Origin: Bryobacterales bacterium
GTDB taxonomy: Bacteria; Acidobacteriota; Terriglobia; Bryobacterales; UBA6623
NCBI GenBank assembly: GCA_965248105.1
Contig: CBDFIK010000006.1
Span: forward strand, 1,859,761-1,923,760
DNA: 64,000 nucleotides
Reading direction: 5' to 3'
The position numbers and the translations under genes are program-made. The notes beneath the pieces are model-generated. The model was not told where the DNA came from and did no database searches. It saw nothing but the letters and a program-made list of their open reading frames with translations. Shown here piece by piece: positions 57,412 through 64,000 of this stretch; the first letter of the stretch is position 1; each line of letters opens with the position of its first letter.

Positions 57412-58514
57412 AGCCTTGTTGCACGGATAGGGATGGAAACGGAATTCTCCCTTTCCCAAGCCGTAGCGTCAGGAGATGCGTTCGAACACAGGCCGTCCGA
57501 GCGCGGTCATTGTGTTCAGGACTTTGCGACCGAGTTGGACCTCCGTGATCTGCCTGGAGAAGCTGCGGGATTTGAGTTTGGGGCCGATGACGCTCTTCCA
57601 ACGGCCCATCTGCGTTTCTATTCGGCTGCGCTGGTTGTACCCTGTTGCCGTCTGCCAGGCTATGCACCCGTTGCTGCGGATTTGGGCAATATGGCGATCC
57701 CGAACGGTCGCATCACGCGCCGATTGCAGGCGGATCACTGCGTCCTTTGGCGGCGGTATGACCACATCCAGGGTCTCCCCATACCGCTGCCTCAGCAGAT
57801 TTCGCGTGGACGCTCCATCGTAGGCGCCGTCAGCCAGAAAGCCCGTGACCGGGGCATCCAGCTGATCCAGGAGGCCGGGTAAGGCTGTGCTGTCTCCAAC
57901 GTTATCGTGAGTCAGAGCGGCGCAAACAATCGCCCCGCTGGCGAGGTCCAGTCCGAGGTGGAGCTTGCGCCAGCGGCGGCGTATTCCCTTGGTGTTATGC
58001 TTCTGCGCTAGCCATTCGCCCTCGCCGAAGATCTTCAGGCCAGTACTGTCGACCACCAGATGGATAGGCACAGATCCTGCTTGCCTCATCACCTGAGCGA
58101 TGCTCACCCCGTTTGCGCGACGCGACAGCGTGGAGTAATCCGGTACCCGTATATCCAACCCCATGAGCGTGCCGATGGAACCCATAAGCCCCTGTGTCTG
58201 ACGCAGTCCAAGATGGTATGCCGTGCGCAGCATCAGGCATGTCTCGATCGCCAAATCCGAGTATCTGCGCTGACCACCCCGTGACGTGCGGCGCGGCGCG
58301 CTCCACACACTTTGAGCCTCCTCACTGACCCAAATCGTCAGGTCACCCCGTTGGCGCAAGCTCTCGTTATATTCCGCCCAGTTGATCACCCGGTACTGCA
58401 CCTTATCAAACTTGTGCCGTCGCGCTGCGTTGAACTTATGTGGCATTTGGACTACCCCCAGCGTTGAAAAACCAATGATAAGACATTCTTCGGGATGATC
58501 CATGCAACAAGGTC
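57412..58514 (-). mobile_element. IS5-family, IS903-group-like insertion sequence
   Basis: Terminal inverted repeats AGCCTTGTTGCACGGAT and ATCCATGCAACAAGGTC; no target duplication visible. Confidence 0.88.
57469..58446 (-). CDS. IS5-family transposase (IS903-like)
   Basis: WAEYNESLRQRGDLTIW, PDYSTLSRR, VDSTGLK, WRKLHL, ADGAYD, RSRIETQM. Confidence 0.93.
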   Translation of the reverse strand: MPHKFNAARRHKFDKVQYRVINWAEYNESLRQRGDLTIWVSEEAQSVWSAPRRTSRGGQRRYSDLAIETCLMLRTAYHLGLRQTQGLMGSIGTLMGLDIRVPDYSTLSRRANGVSIAQVMRQAGSVPIHLVVDSTGLKIFGEGEWLAQKHNTKGIRRRWRKLHLGLDLASGAIVCAALTHDNVGDSTALPGLLDQLDAPVTGFLADGAYDGASTRNLLRQRYGETLDVVIPPPKDAVIRLQSARDATVRDRHIAQIRSNGCIAWQTATGYNQRSRIETQMGRWKSVIGPKLKSRSFSRQITEVQLGRKVLNTMTALGRPVFERIS

Positions 58515-59241
58515 CAACGGAGGAGGGAAGACCTGCCGCATATCGAGCAAGCCGATCTACCGGGCGCTAGGCGTCGAGAACATCCGCCACCGGCGAAAGG
58601 CCAGTAAGCCGGTTGTCATGCGGCGGCTTCTCTCGCTCGATTTCGTGCTCGAACATCCGGGTATGAACTGGCTCCCCGCCGAACCGGAGAAGGTCGAGTT
58701 TTTTGAAAAGCTCGGCTTGCCGCGCCGGTTGATTCCGCGCCGGATTTACTACGGGGCGGTCGGCAACCAGAAGCGCTACTTTGCGCTCAAGCTGCCCCTT
58801 GCCGTGGACCCTGAAACCGTCACCTTCGCCTACGTCGATCCGGGCCACTCGACCGCCACCGAACTCTACTCGTGGGGAGCCGCGCATGGGCCGCTTTGGC
58901 ATGCGCTCCGCAAGAAGGGCCGACGGGTCCGGGTGATCGGTATTGGGGTTGAAAATGTCAACGTGGACCGGGCGGCGCGGTTGCTCGAAGCATGGGCGGC
59001 GGCGGACCCAGGGAAGTCAAGCGAGGGGTTGACGGTGAAGCAGGAAATAAAGGCAATCAGCGAGGCGTTGAAGGCCGATGACGAAGAAGGTCTCGATCAG
59101 TATGGCGGATTTAATGCAGCCTTGCAGCGGTTGGCGGCGCTGCAACGGCTCCCGGAAGCCAAGGTCACGGAAGGAGTCTCGATTGACGACTATTCGACAT
59201 GGCGGGCTGTGCGGTTTGCGGACCCGGATGAGATCGGCTGA
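58515..59241 (+). pseudogene. 5'-truncated conserved hypothetical protein of a conjugative element
   Basis: Open frame starts at the IS end (its only upstream ATG lies inside the IS); IYRALGVENIRHRR...RLLSLDFVL...EKVEFF...RYFALKLP; function inferred only from context. Confidence 0.55.
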
Positions 59242-59268
59242 GAGAGAGGGGAAATCGGTGGTTTTTCG

Positions 59269-59345
59269 TGCCACAAAAGACCGCATGGTTTTTGCCACAG
59301 GGTTACAGGGAGGGGTGTGGCAAGATTCCGCCTCAAGATGTGGCA
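59269..59345. repeat. Symmetric heptamer array TGCCACA x2 / TGTGGCA x2
   Basis: Sites at 59269, 59293 (forward) and 59316, 59339 (reverse), spaced 24/23/23 bp; a further TGTGGCA at 59488. Confidence 0.75.
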
Positions 59346-59599
59346 AAGCCACCTTCCGCCATCTCTCTCATTCTGCTGTGGTTATCCCCTGTGAATCGTC
59401 TCGCCCGTGCCGAACGGGAGAAAAAGAGGGGGACGAGAGCGACCCCCCACAAAAGCGGGGGGGCATGTGGCCCCGACAGGTGGCATTTGTGGCATGCCCC
59501 TATCCGGCCCCATGCGGGTCGCTCTCGTCCTCATTTATCCCTGCGGGAAGGCTCGGAAACAGCCCCCCGGAGGGGCGCTGAAAGAAGGGAGACGAACCG

Positions 59600-61957
59600 A
59601 TGAAATGGCACGAGCTGGTCCCTTTTTTGAGGGAGCTTTGGCACCGGCCCGCTGGCCCCATGAACTGGAAAAACCCGATCCGGGTTTTGGCCGTGGCGGG
59701 CTGGTCGGTGTTTCAGGCCGGGGCGCTTTTAGCCGCCGCCTCCGTTCGCGTCCTTCGATTCTTGGCCGCGCTTCCGGCTCCGCTGCTCGTGATTTTCGCC
59801 GCTCTATCCTATGCCGTCTGGCACTTTGTCCGGCGGCCCTTCCCGGCGCTTGGCGAAAACCCCTTGCTCGATCTCGTGGACTATCACACCCCCACTTTCT
59901 ACGGGTGGGTGCTGCTGTGGTACTACGCCGCGCCCTTCGTCACCGTCACGCTCGCGGGTCTTTTTCTCATGTCCATCTGGAAGGTCTGGTTTGAATCTCG
60001 TCGCGGGCGGGATTTCGCCGCCTTCGGTCGGCTTCCCACGTGGCCGCTTTCAGCGGACCAAAACGCTCCGGGAATCGTGATCGGGGAAGTCCATCACCCG
60101 GTCGAAGCGCGGGAGATTTTCAATCCCTCGTGGCTCACCATCCCGGAGCGCGGACTGTATACCGGCGTGGCAATCTTCGGAGCCGTGGGATCGGGGAAAA
60201 CCAGCGCTTGCATGAACCCGTTTGCCCGCCAGCTTCTCGGCTGGCAAGCGGCCAATCCCCGGATGCGGGCGGCGGCGCTGGTGCTCGAAGTCAAGGGAGA
60301 TTTTTGTCACGACATCCGGCAAATCCTGGTCGAAGCGGGCCGGGGAAAGGACTACATCGAGCTTGGCATGGAAGGCCGCTGGCAATGGAATCCGCTCTCG
60401 GCTTGGTGGCTCGATTCCTACTCGCTGGCCTACACCGTTTCAAGCCTTCTCAATCAACTATTCGGGAAGGGAAAAGAACCCTTTTGGCAGCAAGCCTATA
60501 CCAATCTGGTCCGCTGGATCATCGAGCTTTACCGGGTCTTCCCGGAACGGTGGGTGACCTTGCAGCAGGTCTACCGTTGCGCCATCGACCCGGAGCTTTT
60601 CGCGGCCAAGATCGAGGAAGCCGAGAAGCTGAGCGACGACCTGAACAAAGGCATGGTTTTCGTGTCGAGGGACGTGATCGCCGCCGAACCAATGAATCTC
60701 GGCGAGTGGGTGTGGGAAGCCGCTGACGATCCGAAAGAAAAGCAAGCCTCCTACACCCGTCCGATGAAAGCGAAGCTGGACGAGCTCAAGATCGCTCATC
60801 GCATCGTTTGGGAACCTGGACCCGGAGACGAGGTAAGAGCGCGGGTGGAAGCCGTCAAGCGCTGGTTTGTCCACGACTGGCAAACACTCGACAACAAAGT
60901 GAAGTCCTCGATTGTGGAGGGGGTCTCGGTGTTCCTTGCCATGTTCGACATGCCGGATGTGGCGAAGGTCTTTTGCCCCGCCGCGCCGCAAGACTCCGAC
61001 GATCCGCAAGCAATCGAAGTGCAAGCCCAAATCCAGCGGATCGCGGCGGAGGACGAGGCGCGGAGGGTGGCGAAGGTGGCGGCAGACGAAGCGGAGAAGT
61101 TTGGTGTCCCAAAGCACTTTTTGAAGAGTTGGTCCGACAAGAAGCCGGACGGCGAGGCCGGACGAGACCAACCACTCACGTCTATACCTTCGGCCCAAGA
61201 AGAAACGCTCAAGGGCGCCGAGCAGCTACCGCCGCTCCATGAATTGATCGAGCACGGCAAGGTGCTGGCCTTGAACATGCCCGCCGGGGTCAACCCGGCG
61301 CTGGCCCGCGCCGTGGGCGTCATGCTCAAGAACGCTTGGCTCCAGGCGCTTCTCATGCGTCCGGCCAAGATGAAACAGAAGCCGGGCCGTTACTTCCGGC
61401 CCGCCGTCTTTATCTGCGACGAATACCAAGCCTTCGCTTCGGTGGGCGAGGACGATCCATCGGGCGACGAAAAGTCTTTCGCGCTGACCCGGCAATGCCG
61501 CTGCATCCCGATTGTCGCCACGCAGTCTATTTCCTCGTTGCGATCGGTATTGGGATCCTCCGAAGCGTGGCGCTCGCTCTTGCAGACGCTCCGCACCCGA
61601 ATCTTCCTATCGCTCAGCGACGACGCATCCGCCAAGATCGCATCGGAGTTGTGCGGGCAGGTTGCCAAGATCAAGGCCATGTACACGATCAGCGAGACTT
61701 CCAAACGCTCGGAAATCTCCCCGCTCTCAGGCCGGGCCGGGGGCGGAGCCGGGAGCATGGGCGCGACCAAATCATTCCGGGAGCAGCGCGAGGCCGTGTT
61801 TCACCCGCGAGACTTCGCCTTGCTCTCGAACTGTCAAGCGATCTGTCTCCCCTATGACGGGGCGCAGTCGCTTGAGCCGCGCCGGGTCTACCTGAAACCG
61901 CACTATCTACCCGCCGAACACTCCTATTGGAGAGCGAAGGAGGCGGGCCAAATATGA
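59600..61957 (+). CDS. Type IV coupling protein (VirD4/TraD/TraG-like ATPase)
   Basis: N-terminal TM helices, Walker A GAVGSGKT, LEVKGD, WNPL, Walker B FICDEYQ, IVATQSIS, ASELCG. Confidence 0.85.
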   Translation: MKWHELVPFLRELWHRPAGPMNWKNPIRVLAVAGWSVFQAGALLAAASVRVLRFLAALPAPLLVIFAALSYAVWHFVRRPFPALGENPLLDLVDYHTPTFYGWVLLWYYAAPFVTVTLAGLFLMSIWKVWFESRRGRDFAAFGRLPTWPLSADQNAPGIVIGEVHHPVEAREIFNPSWLTIPERGLYTGVAIFGAVGSGKTSACMNPFARQLLGWQAANPRMRAAALVLEVKGDFCHDIRQILVEAGRGKDYIELGMEGRWQWNPLSAWWLDSYSLAYTVSSLLNQLFGKGKEPFWQQAYTNLVRWIIELYRVFPERWVTLQQVYRCAIDPELFAAKIEEAEKLSDDLNKGMVFVSRDVIAAEPMNLGEWVWEAADDPKEKQASYTRPMKAKLDELKIAHRIVWEPGPGDEVRARVEAVKRWFVHDWQTLDNKVKSSIVEGVSVFLAMFDMPDVAKVFCPAAPQDSDDPQAIEVQAQIQRIAAEDEARRVAKVAADEAEKFGVPKHFLKSWSDKKPDGEAGRDQPLTSIPSAQEETLKGAEQLPPLHELIEHGKVLALNMPAGVNPALARAVGVMLKNAWLQALLMRPAKMKQKPGRYFRPAVFICDEYQAFASVGEDDPSGDEKSFALTRQCRCIPIVATQSISSLRSVLGSSEAWRSLLQTLRTRIFLSLSDDASAKIASELCGQVAKIKAMYTISETSKRSEISPLSGRAGGGAGSMGATKSFREQREAVFHPRDFALLSNCQAICLPYDGAQSLEPRRVYLKPHYLPAEHSYWRAKEAGQI

Positions 61958-62913
61958 GCGGCGCAAGCGGGCTGGAACACCTCAAACCGTTTCTGCCGGG
62001 CTTGGAGAGCGCCCTGGAAGATCCCGAAGTCAGCGAGATCATGATTAACGGTCCCGGCAATGTGTGGGTGGAGCGGGCCGGGCGCTTGGCGGCGTATCAA
62101 GCGCCGAACCTGAACGACGCCGCGCTGCTGCGGGCGGCCATCCACATCGCCCGTCCTTTGGGTCTGGACCCGGCAAGCGCTCCCATTGTCGATGCCCGGC
62201 TCGATGACGGATCACGGGTTGCCATCTGTGTTCCGCCCGCCAGTCCGCAAGTCGCCATCACCGTGCGGCGTTTCGGCAAGCGTTCTTTTTCGGCGGATGA
62301 TCTCGTCAAGCAAGGCGCACTCCCTGGAAACGTGCGGTCGGAGGCGGAGCGAGTATTGCGCTCCCGGCGCAACATCCTGGTTTCCGGCGGCACCGGATCG
62401 GGCAAGACCACCCTTCTCAATGCGCTCATTGAACTGCTCCCCGATGACGAGCGCATTGTCGCCATCGAGGACACGCTGGAGCTTCGCATCGAGCGCTCGA
62501 ATTGTGTCCGCTTTGAGGCCAGGGGCCTTCAGGAAGGCGCGGTCACGATCCGCGATTTAGTCCGCCACGCGCTGCGCCACCGACCGGATCATATCGTGGT
62601 AGGGGAGGTTCGCGGCGGCGAGGCGTCGGACCTGCTGCAAGCGCTCAACACCGGCCACGGCGGATCGCTGACGACCGTACACGCCAACAACGCCGAGAGC
62701 GCCTTATCCCGAATCGCCAGTTGCGCCATGCAAGGCGGCGGGGAGCTTCCCTGGGAAGTCACCTGTAGGGGCGTGGTGGACGGGATCGCTATGGTCATTC
62801 ACATGACGCGCCACGAAGGGCGGCGCTTTGTCGAAGAAGCGGTTTTCGTCAAAGGCTACGAAGCCAGAGACAACCAGTGGGACATTCAGAAAATCACGGA
62901 GCGGGAGATTTGA
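61954..62913 (+). CDS. VirB11/TrbB/CpaF-family secretion ATPase
   Basis: SEIMINGP, VSGGTGSGKTT, IEDTLEL, LRHRPDHIVVGEVRGGE, NTGHGGSLTTVHAN. Confidence 0.92.
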   Translation: MSGASGLEHLKPFLPGLESALEDPEVSEIMINGPGNVWVERAGRLAAYQAPNLNDAALLRAAIHIARPLGLDPASAPIVDARLDDGSRVAICVPPASPQVAITVRRFGKRSFSADDLVKQGALPGNVRSEAERVLRSRRNILVSGGTGSGKTTLLNALIELLPDDERIVAIEDTLELRIERSNCVRFEARGLQEGAVTIRDLVRHALRHRPDHIVVGEVRGGEASDLLQALNTGHGGSLTTVHANNAESALSRIASCAMQGGGELPWEVTCRGVVDGIAMVIHMTRHEGRRFVEEAVFVKGYEARDNQWDIQKITEREI

Positions 62914-62915
62914 CG

Positions 62916-63404
62916 ATGCGAATGCACCCCAAGGGCAAGTTGATCGGCTTGGCTATGCTGATCGCCGGACTTGCGTCGCTCATCACCAGCGCTCAACGCG
63001 ATCCGATCATGGCCCGCGTCGAACGGGTGATTGACGGCGACACCATCCGGGTTCGCCATCAGGGGAAGACTTTTACCGTCCGGCTCATCGGCGTGGACAC
63101 CCCGGAGACGGACCACCCCACCCAAGCGGTCGAGCATTTTGGACGCGAGGCCAGCGCCTTCACCAAGGCCGCGCTCGAAGGCAAGCTCGTGGCGCTGGCA
63201 AGAGATCGCACCGGCGACACTGTAGACCGCTACGGGCGCTTGCTCCGTTACGTCCTCCTGGACGGAGACAACTTCAACGCCCGGCTCATCCGCGAGGGCT
63301 ACGCCCACGCTTACCGGCTGTTTCCCTTCTCGAAGCGACAGGAGTTTATTCAACTGGAAGAACAAGCAAGACGGCGAGGAATCGGCTTATGGAACCGGCG
63401 CTAG
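62916..63404 (+). CDS. Thermonuclease (SNase-like) with signal peptide
   Basis: RVIDGDTI, VRLIGVDTPE, DRYGRLLRYV, LIREGYA, GIGLW. Confidence 0.92.
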   Translation: MRMHPKGKLIGLAMLIAGLASLITSAQRDPIMARVERVIDGDTIRVRHQGKTFTVRLIGVDTPETDHPTQAVEHFGREASAFTKAALEGKLVALARDRTGDTVDRYGRLLRYVLLDGDNFNARLIREGYAHAYRLFPFSKRQEFIQLEEQARRRGIGLWNRR

Positions 63405-63816
63405 GATCGCGGGGTTGCCGACTCGTCCAACGACGGCGGGCTACACGTCCGGGCAGGCCACTTGTCGCGCCAAATCGCCGCGTTCCTTTGATCGTCAATC
63501 GCCAGCCGCGCCGCAACGATGACCTGCCTTCGGGCTGTGCGCCAAATCCTACTTCGCGCCCAACGGAAATCGGGTCCGGTTTACGCCATGTTCTCGCGCT
63601 TCCCGTGCCGGGTCCGGTTTGGGCCGACGCAAGCCCCGCGCCAGATCGCTTCCGCTCGCCTTTGGCGTCTGTCACTCGGCCTTGCTTTTTGTCGTCACGG
63701 CCCGTCACCGGCGCGGGCAGCGCTTTCCTACCGCGTCCGGGTTTGGCCGTTTTCCGCCATTCGCGGGTGAGCGGAAAACGCTCACAAACCCTTAACTCTT
63801 TAGGAGGAAAAACATT

Positions 63817-64000
63817 ATGGCTAACCAGAAACCCGTTGATGAAATCCGGATCGGTCGCGTCAAGGCTACGATTTGGCGCAATGGAACCGACGAGCAGCCG
63901 AGGCACAACGTCACCTTTGCTCGCCTCTACAAAGACGGCGATCAATGGAAGACGACGCACAGCTTCGGGCGCAACGATTTGTTGGTGCTTCGGAAAGTGG
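63817..64000 (+). CDS. Small protein, possibly ssDNA-binding (PC4/Whirly-like); runs off the window
   Basis: AGGAGG RBS; MANQKPVDEIRIGRVKATIWRNGTDEQPRHNVTFARLYKDGDQWKTTHSFGRNDLLVLRKV. The CDS is well supported; the function is inference. Confidence 0.6.
   Translation, partial: MANQKPVDEIRIGRVKATIWRNGTDEQPRHNVTFARLYKDGDQWKTTHSFGRNDLLVLRKV

Noticed and set aside
1-64000. tRNA, rRNA, tmRNA or riboswitches
   Set aside because: No cloverleaf, rRNA-like or known riboswitch consensus recognised by eye; tRNAscan-SE and Rfam/Infernal scans would be needed to exclude them.

Overview
GC-rich bacterial chromosomal segment. Gene content (TPR-secretin, Tes-like radical SAM, coxSLMG, REP families) suggests Acidobacteriota, but this is inference, not a database result. 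Left to right: a GT2 glycosyltransferase cut by the window edge; PIN/TRAM-ispD-ispF; a form II-type coxSLMG molybdoenzyme operon; a DDE insertion sequence; padR split by an IS21 element flanked by an unusual 64-bp direct repeat; orphan secretin and histidine kinase; a secreted protein with a collagen-like tail; a tetraether-synthase (Tes)-like radical SAM enzyme; SPFH, sugar isomerase and MaoC genes; an ABC exporter whose permease is fused to an amidohydrolase; several redox/metabolic genes; a chemotaxis operon (cheA-cheW-soluble 5xPAS MCP-cheY-cheB-cheR-cheX) whose cheY is split by a second IS21 copy; a cluster for a 3-amino-3,6-dideoxyhexose pathway, a GtrB-like GT2 and a TMTC-like GT-C/TPR protein; tlpA-like, frameshifted ttcA, DUF47-pit; then an IS903-like element joining a truncated HDOD gene to a conjugative-element module (unknown protein, oriT-like repeats, coupling protein, VirB11-like ATPase, thermonuclease, small putative ssDNA-binding protein). 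At least four families of dispersed palindromic repeats occur between genes. I recognised no rRNA, tRNA or CRISPR array. All calls come from motif reading and manual alignment; no searches were run.
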